A program made the translations under genes and the position numbers. A DNA stretch of 64,000 bases from Clostridia bacterium. GTDB lineage: Bacteria; Bacillota; Clostridia; JAAYHZ01. Location: contig JBMNIH010000002.1 of NCBI GenBank assembly GCA_050950825.1, forward strand, positions 192,001-256,000, written 5' to 3'. Numbering within the stretch: position 1 is the first letter of the stretch; every line of letters starts with the position of its first letter. The notes below the pieces were generated by a model, which was not told the DNA's origin, did not search any database, and saw nothing but the letters and a program-made list of their open reading frames with translations. Shown one piece after another: positions 1 to 9,122 of this stretch.

Positions 1-410
1 GAAAACCCGCCTTTGTAATGCCCGGGGATATATAAATCCAGCTTCAGCGAGCCCTTCGGCAGGTCAACCTTATTTTTTTTGTATTTCACCTCGATAAAAT
101 AGTTGTTTTTTCGTTTTTTCAACTGCAGCTTAGGTACATTATCGTAATTTCCCGGTACTTGGCCGTACAAAACCGCTTTCAATCTTTCTTCTTCTCCGAT
201 AATGACGCGAATATCTTCGATAACACCTTTGAATTCCAGCCGGTCCGCACTCTTAAAATCATCCGAGACCTCTTCGTAATAGTCGATCATGCGGTCTAAT
301 ATGATGTCCGCCTTTTTCCCGGTACTATTTGCAAAAAGAATTCCCAAAGCAATCAATAATACGGCACCGGCAAAAATTCCCCCTATTATCATGAGTTTGC
401 GTTTATCCAT
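1..410 (-). CDS. Membrane-anchored/secreted protein, possibly DUF4097 beta-strand-repeat family; 3' end runs off the window
   Basis: Manual translation from ATG at 410: MDKRKLMIIGGIFAGAVLLIALGILFANSTGKK...KLDLYIPGHYKGGF, open to the window edge, with an N-terminal hydrophobic helix. Not in the ORF track because it has no stop in the window. Confidence 0.7.
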   Translation of the reverse strand, partial: MDKRKLMIIGGIFAGAVLLIALGILFANSTGKKADIILDRMIDYYEEVSDDFKSADRLEFKGVIEDIRVIIGEEERLKAVLYGQVPGNYDNVPKLQLKKRKNNYFIEVKYKKNKVDLPKGSLKLDLYIPGHYKGGF

Positions 411-420
411 GATTTACCAC

Positions 421-1425
421 GCCCGCATGAAGATCCGCCATGATTCCACTACTGACGTTGAAAGAGCTGTTGAATTACTGAAAAAAACGGAAAAGGACTT
501 TGGTTCTAGGCCTTTCGTCGTCATGGAATCTACCGGGCACTATCACAAAATCCTTTTCCATTCACTTTGTAAAGCTGGATTGGAGGTCTCCATCATAAAC
601 CCCATCCAAACTGATTCTATCAAAAATATTGGAATCAGGAAAGTGAAAAATGATAAAGTTGATGCCCGGAAAATTGCTCTGCTATACAGATTTCAGGAGC
701 TTAAAACTACTAATATCCCCAATGAGGATATTGAATGTCTGCGAAGCCTTTGCCGCCAGTACTATAAGCTGAATGATGAGCTTACTGCATACAAAAACAG
801 ACTTACAGGCATTGTCGACCAGCTTATGCTCAACTTTAAGGACGTCTTCTCCAATATATTCTCAAAGGCTGCTATTGCTGTATTGGAGGAATATCCTACA
901 CCTGCTGCTATTCTTAAAGCTAATAGGAACAAACTGATTTCACTTATTCAAAAGAATTCCCGCAAGAGCCTTAAGTGGTCAACTGCAAAGTATGAGCTTC
1001 TCGTCTCCAAGGCCAGAGAGTTTGCGCCTTTGAGCGTTCATAATTCTTCAAACATTGCCATGCTGGGTGTCTACATATCCATGATCAGAACTCTGGAAGA
1101 TAACTTGGCGAAGGTCCTAAAAGCCATTCATCTATTGATTGCTGAAGATATGGCTAAGGACATGCCTATGCTGGCATTGACGCTTGAGCTTTTGCAAAGC
1201 CTGCCAGGTATTGGCCTTCTTACTGCTGCCACCATTTTAGCAGAGATCGGCGATTTTTCTGCCTTCTCTAAGCCGGGAAAACTGGTTGCTTACTTTGGCA
1301 TTGACCCCTCTGTGATGCAATCTGGGGAGTTTACCGGCACGCGGAATAAAATGTCCAAGAGAGGTTCCAGGCTACTTCGCAGGGTTCTTTTTACAACTGC
1401 TCTTGCCAATATTCGAACTAAGAGG
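421..1425 (+). pseudogene. Internal fragment of an IS110-family transposase, truncated at both ends
   Basis: ARMKIRHD...MESTG...KNDKVDA...LPGIG...AEIGD...QSG...SKRG are typical IS110 motifs. The N-terminal GID motif and the C-terminal tail are absent. The first 44 and last ~17 codons of ORF 289..1479 are read-through of flanking host DNA. Confidence 0.85.
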
Positions 1426-1534
1426 ACTTTTTCACATTATTTTCCTTTGTATAAATATAACCGGTTTTCGGTATTCTAATATTCCAAAGTCGAAATTTCC
1501 TATAATTCTATCGATTCATCCTTTTCTTTTCAAT

Positions 1535-1565
1535 AAAAAAAACAGGGGTTTTAAAGTCCCCTTTT
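1535..1565 (-). terminator. Probable rho-independent terminator after the gerQ-like gene
   Basis: AGGGG...CCCCT stem with an A8 run (U-tract on the minus strand). Confidence 0.55.
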
Positions 1566-1589
1566 GTCATTTCTATGTACTTGCTTTTG

Positions 1590-2273
1590 TTAAAAATAGA
1601 TCTTAACAAATTTGATGGAGTACATATCGCACAATAATAAGTCGTCGGTATTGATTTCATTGATAATCAAGTAATCGATACCTACATCGACCAAATAGCC
1701 TTCCCGGTCGACAAACATATTGCTTCCGATTAAAAACTCGATTTTCACTTGCCTTCCGATTTGGGTTCTTAAGTATCCTTGTATATATCCCAAATCGCTG
1801 ACACGTCCGCACCGGGCTTGCACGCTTGTTCCCGATTCTTGATCCGTAAACGAGCTTGGGGTCTGTGCCATGGCACAAGTTGCATAGGAACCCGGAGGAA
1901 GCATGCTTCCCGTAGATTGCAGCATGGAATCCTGCATGTCGGCTGCCGTAACCATACCCTGCACAGTTCCCGGTGCGTACTGCATTTTTCCCGTTTGAGG
2001 AAAAGCTCCTGCACCCATAATCGGTACGGTCACCGCCGGACTGTCTTGATACGGCATATTGTTTGCTAAAGGTCCCATGCTTTGGTTCTGTTTTACCGGT
2101 GCTTGCATCGGTCTTGCTGTGTTCGCTTCGGGTTGTACACCGGTTTTCGAAGGTTTTGCCGTTGATCCCGGCATCATACCGGTAGCCGGTGCATTGTCTT
2201 TTCGGAAGGTGTTGTCTTTATTGTTTGCCCAATATTCGCTTGCAGGCAAATTCGGCCTTCTTGTTACGTTCAT
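1590..2273 (-). CDS. Spore coat protein with a GerQ-like C-terminal domain and a Pro/Gln/Met-rich N-terminus
   Basis: C-terminal GYLRTQIGRQVKIEFLIG...GIDYLII...DMYSIKFV resembles the GerQ-type domain; lies directly downstream of a CwlJ-like hydrolase; start uncertain (2273-2300). Confidence 0.6.
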   Translation of the reverse strand: MNVTRRPNLPASEYWANNKDNTFRKDNAPATGMMPGSTAKPSKTGVQPEANTARPMQAPVKQNQSMGPLANNMPYQDSPAVTVPIMGAGAFPQTGKMQYAPGTVQGMVTAADMQDSMLQSTGSMLPPGSYATCAMAQTPSSFTDQESGTSVQARCGRVSDLGYIQGYLRTQIGRQVKIEFLIGSNMFVDREGYLVDVGIDYLIINEINTDDLLLCDMYSIKFVKIYF

Positions 2274-2335
2274 TTGTTCTTGCACTTTTTTACACCACAC
2301 TTTTCAATAATATATTTATGCTTTTTCGCGAAAAA

Positions 2336-2779
2336 TCAGGTTTGGCTATACAAAGGGGTCGGGTTGTAAAAGCAGTGCTCGTTGATGCGAGTATAGAAGA
2401 CGCCGGTCCGATTACGCGGAAAATATGTCTCGCATTGCGGACTGAAAGGATTGTAATACCACAAACAATCATCTACACCCCATAAACGGTTTCCGTCTAA
2501 AGCCCAATCGGCAATTTCGTAATGAACTTGCTCCGGAGACATGTTGAAAATGTTTTGCGGATTTTCCGCCCCGCCTACCACCGTCATTGCGCATGTAAAC
2601 TGGTAGGGCTGCAGCAATACTTTTTTAAGATCTCCTTGGCATACCCGCATGTATTCCCCCGAATTTACATGCACGCGATTCATGATAACCGTGGCAACGG
2701 CTTTCATTCCGTTTGAGCCCTCGCCTTCCGCTTCGCATCGAATCATTCTGGCTAGCATTTCCCTTGCCGATAATGGCAT
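2336..2779 (-). CDS. cwlJ: Spore cortex hydrolase, CwlJ/SleB family (Hydrolase_2)
   Basis: LARMIRCEAEGEG...AVATVIMNRV...QPYQF...HCFY motifs, no signal peptide; start at MPLS after a GAGG RBS. Confidence 0.75.
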   Translation of the reverse strand: MPLSAREMLARMIRCEAEGEGSNGMKAVATVIMNRVHVNSGEYMRVCQGDLKKVLLQPYQFTCAMTVVGGAENPQNIFNMSPEQVHYEIADWALDGNRLWGVDDCLWYYNPFSPQCETYFPRNRTGVFYTRINEHCFYNPTPLYSQT

Positions 2780-2864
2780 TATGTATCCCTCGCTTCTTGC
2801 ATTTACATAATATATTATTCTTTGCTTCTCAGGATGTGACAAGAAAATGAACAATGGAAAGGCT

Positions 2865-3395
2865 TTAGATAAAGAAAAGCCTGCAAATGAGAAAAGACAA
2901 CAAAACACACACTACATCGGCCGCAAGCGCTACGGGTATTACATAGCCTGTGTTTTTTACTTTTGTCACTCCGAAGTAGACTGCCGTTACATAAAAGGTG
3001 GTTTCGGTAGACCCCATCATAACGCAAGCAAGCCTTCCAATGAACGAGTCGGGACCGTTTTCCTTTAAAACGGATGACACCAACGTCAACGAGCCTGCCC
3101 CCGATATGGGTTTCAGTATAGCTAACGGCATAACTTCTGCAGGTATACCGATTTTTCCGGTAATAGGGCTTAATGCATAGACGAAAAGCTCCATGGCACC
3201 TGATGCCCGAAACATCCCGATGGCGACAATTAAGCCCACCAAAGTAGGTACCAATCTTACGGCCGTGTCCAACCCGGTTTTCGCTCCTTGGAGAAATATC
3301 TCAAACACTTTGATATTTTTGTATAAACCGATAGAAACAGTGGTCATCAAAATGACGGGTACCACGTACAAGGAGATACGATTAATCACATTCAT
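2865..3395 (-). CDS. spmB: Spore maturation protein B
   Basis: Hydrophobic protein with KPISGAGS and MMGSTETTFY motifs; overlaps the spmA stop. Confidence 0.9.
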   Translation of the reverse strand: MNVINRISLYVVPVILMTTVSIGLYKNIKVFEIFLQGAKTGLDTAVRLVPTLVGLIVAIGMFRASGAMELFVYALSPITGKIGIPAEVMPLAILKPISGAGSLTLVSSVLKENGPDSFIGRLACVMMGSTETTFYVTAVYFGVTKVKNTGYVIPVALAADVVCVLLSFLICRLFFI

Positions 3396-3976
3396 ATTTC
3401 AAACCTCCTCGATCGATCCAAAAGCTTACACAAGAGAATGCCGAATAAGAGAGTCAAAAAGGACGTGATCCATACGGGAATAATAATGTCATAGGGGTTT
3501 GCGGCACCGGCGTTATGCCTTAACGTGATGACCGACGTGGGAATCAGTTGAAAAGAACAGGTATTGATCACGATGAACAATCGCATGGATGAGGATGCGT
3601 CGGTACTCGGGTTGATTCGGTCCAATTCCTTCATGGCTTCAAGCCCCAAGGGCGTTGCCGCATTGCCCATTCCCAAAACATTGGCGCATATGTTCATCAC
3701 GATTTTTTCCTTCGCTTTCGACTCTTTTTTGATTTTGGGAAACAAAAGATTAATGACAGGCTCAATGATCTCGCTCAAAGATTTGACGGCCGACGACTTT
3801 TCCAAAATGGCCGACATCCCGGTCCAAAAACACATCATGCCGGTTAACCCTATCACCACGTTTACCGCCGTTTTTGCCGATTCCAAGATTCCGGCGGAAA
3901 CCTCCGCGGTCCTTCCCGATACAAAACCTACAACGACGGATATTACGATTAAAGCAGCCCAAATATAGTTTAACAT
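3392..3976 (-). CDS. spmA: Spore maturation protein A
   Basis: MLNYIW start and ANVLGMGNAATPLGLEAM signature. Confidence 0.9.
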   Translation of the reverse strand: MLNYIWAALIVISVVVGFVSGRTAEVSAGILESAKTAVNVVIGLTGMMCFWTGMSAILEKSSAVKSLSEIIEPVINLLFPKIKKESKAKEKIVMNICANVLGMGNAATPLGLEAMKELDRINPSTDASSSMRLFIVINTCSFQLIPTSVITLRHNAGAANPYDIIIPVWITSFLTLLFGILLCKLLDRSRRFEI

Positions 3977-3991
3977 AAAATCACCCGGTAA

Positions 3992-4020
3992 AAGGTATGT
4001 CCGAGCTTTAAGAAATATAC
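3992..4020 (-). promoter_or_regulatory. Putative sigma-E promoter of spmAB
   Basis: Minus strand gtATAtt-N14-CATAcctT matches the sigma-E consensus; spmAB is sigma-E controlled in Bacillus. Confidence 0.55.
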
Positions 4021-4117
4021 ATCCCGAGGATAAGTTTTGTACCTTTCCATACCGTGTCTTCCTTGTTGACAGAACAACAGGATTTCCCATATCATGGATA
4101 TATACGGGAGGTGGATA

Positions 4118-5833
4118 ATGAAAATAAGAAAGTTTTTGTCTTTATCCGTAAAAGGATTATGCTTTGTTTTGTTAACGGTATTGATGATACTCCCGAATGC
4201 ATCTTGTAATAAGGACGATTCGGACCGAGAACTTGAGTCTTCAGGGAAATTCACCGGTTCGGAAATGAATATTGAGGATATACCTTCATTTTCAGAAGAG
4301 CCTCTTAAAATTCTGTACTTTCAAATAGGAAACGGTGCAGCCGATTTCGGTATAACCGCTAACAAAAATGATAATTTGTTCTTAAATTTTATGACGTTAT
4401 CCAATCTGTGCGAAGAAAAATTAGGGTTCCCTTTGAAGTTTATCGACGTTCCGGATTCCGATAAGGAATACAATGCCTATTTGGCTTACCTGAATTCCGG
4501 CTTATCCGCAGATTTGATTTTCCCTTCCAAGCCAAGCGGTATTAATCATGTATCGGAATACAATACCTGGCCTGCAACGTTTTATTGGAACGATCAATAC
4601 ATCGAAGAAGGGGTTTACATGGATATTACGGAATACATACCGCGATTCTGCCCCCAAGCTATTATCAACTTCGAAAAGTATCCAATGATCAAGGAAATGT
4701 GCTCACGGAATGGCAGAATTTATGCTCTTTATGCCGGTATGCCTCATGTTTATTCTTATACATTAATCATTAAAAAAAGTCTTTTAGAAGAAAACAACTT
4801 GGACGCCGTAAATAGCTTCGAGGTTTTATCCGAAATGCTATATAACATGTATCGAAATACGCAATCCCTGTCGGATGAGCAAAAAATTTATGTTAGTCCC
4901 TATGATCTTTTACTATATTCCATAATTGAATCAGGCTATTGTCCTTTGGACGGAGCAAGCCTTGGTCTTGGTATCGTCGTAGGCGCAGAAGACAAGAATT
5001 TTACTCCTATTGCCATAGAGGATACCGATATACTCGATCGCATGTACGAAGAATTTACTATCTTTTTTCAGGGCGGCTATTTCACCGAGAAATCCGAGCA
5101 ATATTACGCTCTTTTGGAAGGTGAACAGGATATGTTTATCAATAACTTGCCTTTATCTCTCGTAAAAGCTTTATCTAGGCAATGTGTTGATGAAAAAGAT
5201 AACTTTTTTAACAAAGGATATTCAATTTTCTTGTTGAATACTCCGAAAGCAATGATAAGACCTTTTAACATTCATGTGATTCCGGTTCCTTATACATCGG
5301 AGCAACCGGAAAAAGCATTGCATTTTATGCAGTGGTTAATGACCGACTCGGATGCCGCCGATATTTTGACATTCGGTTCCTCAATTCAAATGGTAAAACA
5401 CTATCGATTCTCATCCGGAAACATCATCATACCGGAGCCTAACAATACAATATACGGATTCTGTGACCTTATTGCAAACTTTAGCGACAAACCTTTTCTT
5501 TGCGGAAATTCGCAATTTCATATAGCCGAAGAAGTTCGAAAAAAAACCTATGATGCCATTTACCCTTTCTTTTATCGGACTTTGGATTCGGATCATATGA
5601 ATTTAAATACCGTAACACAATTTTCCGAAACCGTGCAGTATCGATACAATGACAGGCGTTCATTTTTGCGCAACAGCCTTCATGAGTGGATGACAAACCC
5701 GAACTCGCCTCTTACACCTCATGATGTAAAGAAAGGCTTGGCGGAACATGAGGACAACGAAGATATGATGAATACGGTAAACGAATATGTACAAAAAATC
5801 CGATTGTCCGAATACCTTGAAAAAGAACGGTAA
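4118..5833 (+). CDS. Extracellular solute-binding lipoprotein (carbohydrate ABC family 1-like), no adjacent permease
   Basis: Basic/hydrophobic signal ending NASC; SGLSADL, NGRIYAL and SEQPEKALHFMQWL motifs; GGAGG RBS. Confidence 0.7.
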   Translation: MKIRKFLSLSVKGLCFVLLTVLMILPNASCNKDDSDRELESSGKFTGSEMNIEDIPSFSEEPLKILYFQIGNGAADFGITANKNDNLFLNFMTLSNLCEEKLGFPLKFIDVPDSDKEYNAYLAYLNSGLSADLIFPSKPSGINHVSEYNTWPATFYWNDQYIEEGVYMDITEYIPRFCPQAIINFEKYPMIKEMCSRNGRIYALYAGMPHVYSYTLIIKKSLLEENNLDAVNSFEVLSEMLYNMYRNTQSLSDEQKIYVSPYDLLLYSIIESGYCPLDGASLGLGIVVGAEDKNFTPIAIEDTDILDRMYEEFTIFFQGGYFTEKSEQYYALLEGEQDMFINNLPLSLVKALSRQCVDEKDNFFNKGYSIFLLNTPKAMIRPFNIHVIPVPYTSEQPEKALHFMQWLMTDSDAADILTFGSSIQMVKHYRFSSGNIIIPEPNNTIYGFCDLIANFSDKPFLCGNSQFHIAEEVRKKTYDAIYPFFYRTLDSDHMNLNTVTQFSETVQYRYNDRRSFLRNSLHEWMTNPNSPLTPHDVKKGLAEHEDNEDMMNTVNEYVQKIRLSEYLEKER

Positions 5834-5842
5834 AAATAGACG

Positions 5843-7243
5843 TTATTCTTTACCGTCCCAACAATATGTACAGATATTTTCCCGAGGAAGACCGATAGCA
5901 TCTATCATTCCTTCGATGGTTTGGTATCTTAAAGAAGACAAGTGCAGCTTGCCGCAAATACCGTTAACCATACAACGGTGTTTTTCCGATTTGCTGTCTA
6001 CGTATTCTTGAATATCCGCTTCTTTGCCTTTTTCGATTTCACTGACGGTTCTTCTTGTAATCAACTCCATTTCCGATCTGCTTCTCGAAAAGTTCAAATA
6101 CTTGCAGACAAAAAGAAGCGGAGGGCATGCGGAGCGTATATGGACCTCTTTGACGCCGCAGTTGTACAAAAGGTCGGCGGTCTCCAGCAATTGGGTTCCC
6201 CTGACAATGGAGTCGTCGCAAAAGATGATTCTTTTGCCGTGCACCAGATCATACACCGGTAAAAGCTTCATTCGTGCGACCAGATTGCGTAAGCTTTGGT
6301 CTTGCGGCGTAAAGCTTCTCGGCCAAGTCGGCGTGTATTTTACAAAAGGTCTTGCATACGGGATATGGGTTTCGTTAGCGTAGCCGATGGCATGGGCGAT
6401 TCCGGAGTCCGGTATGCCGGCCACCATATCGGCGCAAACATCGTCATTTTTAGCCAAGATGGCACCGTTTCTGTACCGCATCGCTTCTACGTTTACGCCT
6501 TGGTACGTGGAAGAAGGATAGCCGTAATACACCCATAAAAAGGCGCATATCTTCATTTTGTCTTTCGGAGGAGATATTTGTTCGATGCCGTCGTTTGAAA
6601 CAAAAACGATTTCTCCGGGTCCCAATTCGTATTCGATGGCATAGCCGAGATTGGGAAATGCGGAGGATTCGAAGGACAAAGCATAGGTGTCTTGCTTCTT
6701 CCCTATAAAAAGCGGAGTTCTTCCGTACAAATCGCGGGCGCCGTAGATTCCTTCCGGTGTCAGCACCAAAAGGGACATGGATCCGTCAATGGAGTTTTGT
6801 ACGTTGAGGATTCCTTCTTTGAAATCCTTGCCTTCATTGATTAAGTTCATGACCAATTCGGTGGCATTCACTTCCCCGTCTCGCAATTCCATTAAATGAA
6901 TGTGCTTTTCCTTAATCAGCCTTTCGGCAAGCTTTTCGATGTTATTAATCCTACCGACGGTCGTAAGAGCATAATCGCCTAAATGCGATCGAACGGTCAA
7001 AGGCTGGGGTTCGTTGTCGCTTATGCAGCCGATCCCTAAATTCCCGGTCAGCATGGGAAGATCGTCCTCAAACCTTGCTCTAAATTGCGTGTTTTGGATG
7101 TTATGAATGGATCGGGCAAATCCTTTTCCGGTCCATACCGTTAAACCTCCCTTGCTTGTTCCAAGGTGGGAATGGTAATCGGTGCCGAAAAACAAATCAT
7201 GTATACAATTACTTTTCGAAACCACACCAAAAATTCCACCCAT
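5843..7243 (-). CDS. purF: Amidophosphoribosyltransferase-like protein lacking the N-terminal catalytic Cys
   Basis: GIPDSG, DDSIVRGT PRPP-binding motif, Fe-S Cys ligands (CAF, CKY, CTYCW); begins MGGIFG instead of MCGIFG; alternative start 7249. Confidence 0.88.
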   Translation of the reverse strand: MGGIFGVVSKSNCIHDLFFGTDYHSHLGTSKGGLTVWTGKGFARSIHNIQNTQFRARFEDDLPMLTGNLGIGCISDNEPQPLTVRSHLGDYALTTVGRINNIEKLAERLIKEKHIHLMELRDGEVNATELVMNLINEGKDFKEGILNVQNSIDGSMSLLVLTPEGIYGARDLYGRTPLFIGKKQDTYALSFESSAFPNLGYAIEYELGPGEIVFVSNDGIEQISPPKDKMKICAFLWVYYGYPSSTYQGVNVEAMRYRNGAILAKNDDVCADMVAGIPDSGIAHAIGYANETHIPYARPFVKYTPTWPRSFTPQDQSLRNLVARMKLLPVYDLVHGKRIIFCDDSIVRGTQLLETADLLYNCGVKEVHIRSACPPLLFVCKYLNFSRSRSEMELITRRTVSEIEKGKEADIQEYVDSKSEKHRCMVNGICGKLHLSSLRYQTIEGMIDAIGLPRENICTYCWDGKE

Positions 7244-7493
7244 AACCATCGCACTCCTTAAAGAAAAAATAAAAACATAAAAGTTATTATATTCGATTTC
7301 ATATTTTATGTAAATACCCTTCCCGACGAATAACATTTTTACTTCCCGTCTTCCATCCGTCTTTTTCAATCGACAAAAATTGCTAAAAAAAGACAAACTG
7401 CATCATATAATCCGTAATAAAGCACGTAAAGCTGTCTTCTTTGCCGGGTTTCTGTATAATGGATGTAACATTCCTTCGAAGAGGTCGCTATAT

Positions 7494-9122
7494 ATGTTGC
7501 AGCTAAAGGAGATCATTGACGATAAATATCGAATATTGGATGTCCTCGGACAAGGCGGATCCGGAACGGTTTACTTGGCCGAAAACATTCGTATCGGCAA
7601 TCTTTGGGCCGTAAAAGAAATCCGGCATAAGGGAACCCTTATCAATCCCATGGACGAAGCGTATATCATGGGGAAGCTTTACCATCCGGCACTGCCTCGG
7701 GTCTTTGATATCTACCGAAACTCGGATTCCACTTTGATTGTGATGGAGTATTTCGAAGGCGAAACCTTAGAACAGATGATTCGTCAAGGGAACTTGCCCG
7801 ATGAAGACCTGCTTATGCAATGGGCCGTTGAATTGTGCAGCGTAATGATGTATCTTCACAACCGTAAAGACGGATGTATCATTTACCGTGACTTGAAGCC
7901 CGGCAACATCATGGTGCTGCCGGATAACAGCATACGGCTAATCGATATGGGAATCGCCCGCGAATACAAAGAAGATGCCGACACGGATACGATCTATATC
8001 GGGACAAGAGGATTTGCCGCTCCGGAGCAATTCGGAAACGGCCAATGCGACAAGCGGACCGATGTCTATGGATTCGGCGCCACCCTCTATTCCCTATCAT
8101 CCGGGCTGCTTCCCGACAATAAAGAATTTAATCCGAGCGGTACCGGTAAAGGATGGCAAGCATCTTCTTTTCTAAAAAAATTGGTTATAAAATGTACGGC
8201 ACAGGATCCGAACAACCGCTTTTCCTGTTTCGAAGAAATCCTGGAGGTTATTCAGGAGGAAACTAAAAAAGACCGAGGTTCGGTCCGAAGCAATTCTAAC
8301 GCCGTTAAGGAAAGAAAGCTGATTACCGTATGGGACAATGCGGAATTTTCCGCCGAAATGGCTTCGGTTATCGCCGAATGCATTGAAGGAAATGTTTTAT
8401 TAGCCGATTTCGATCTATTGGACCCTAAAATCGACATCTATTTGGGAACCAAGATGTACCCTGTAAAAAATCGATCGGGCATATCCCTTTCCGGAATCGA
8501 TCTCCTGATGGAATCGCTGTATAAAGGTCTTGTGAGCCGCGAATCCATTTTGGATGCCTGTATTCGAACCGGTGCCAAAAGCAATTTGTATTTCATATCC
8601 GGGAATTTCAACATGAACAATTACGAATACTTTTCCAACGAATGCCTAGGTAAATTCCTCGATAAATGCATGAAGTTTTTCGATGAAGTGATCATCAATG
8701 TAAACAAATTTATTTACGATTCTTACACGTTGCTGTGCCTTATGGCATCGGATATGAATATTTATGCAGGAAAGACCGATATCGCTTCTCTTCGATCCTT
8801 AAATGCACAAATTGCATTTTTAGATGAGAAGCAAAAAATAAACAGCGAGAAATACAAGGTGGTCTCATGGTGCGAGGCGAAAGAGAACATGCTGCCGGAG
8901 TCTTTGTTGAAAGAATTGTCCGAGTATCGATATATCGGGCATATTTCCGACAACAAAAGGAGGAATGCCTTAAGAAACGACCAAAAGCCCTTTGTAAAAA
9001 ACCTCGGTAAAAACGTAAAGAAAGAGTATATTCGTCTGTTAAAAAAGCTCGGTATTTTAAACCGAAGATTCGGAGTTTTGAATACCTATGCCGGAATCGG
9101 TGCAAAGGACGGTGTATCCTAA
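7494..9122 (+). CDS. Cytoplasmic Hanks-type Ser/Thr kinase fused to a degenerate MinD/ParA (TadZ/CpaE-like) domain
   Basis: LGQGGSGTV, WAVKE, YRDLKPGN, DMG, GTRGFAAPE and DVYG kinase motifs; C-terminal half KLITVW...NVLLADFDL...NLYFISG...FDEVIIN follows the MinD strand order; GAGGT RBS. Confidence 0.85.
   Translation: MLQLKEIIDDKYRILDVLGQGGSGTVYLAENIRIGNLWAVKEIRHKGTLINPMDEAYIMGKLYHPALPRVFDIYRNSDSTLIVMEYFEGETLEQMIRQGNLPDEDLLMQWAVELCSVMMYLHNRKDGCIIYRDLKPGNIMVLPDNSIRLIDMGIAREYKEDADTDTIYIGTRGFAAPEQFGNGQCDKRTDVYGFGATLYSLSSGLLPDNKEFNPSGTGKGWQASSFLKKLVIKCTAQDPNNRFSCFEEILEVIQEETKKDRGSVRSNSNAVKERKLITVWDNAEFSAEMASVIAECIEGNVLLADFDLLDPKIDIYLGTKMYPVKNRSGISLSGIDLLMESLYKGLVSRESILDACIRTGAKSNLYFISGNFNMNNYEYFSNECLGKFLDKCMKFFDEVIINVNKFIYDSYTLLCLMASDMNIYAGKTDIASLRSLNAQIAFLDEKQKINSEKYKVVSWCEAKENMLPESLLKELSEYRYIGHISDNKRRNALRNDQKPFVKNLGKNVKKEYIRLLKKLGILNRRFGVLNTYAGIGAKDGVS

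Noticed and set aside
289-1479. ORF-track 396-aa ORF as an intact IS110 transposase
   Set aside because: Its N-terminus is antisense read-through of the host gene, it lacks the first catalytic Asp motif, and its C-terminus runs into unrelated DNA
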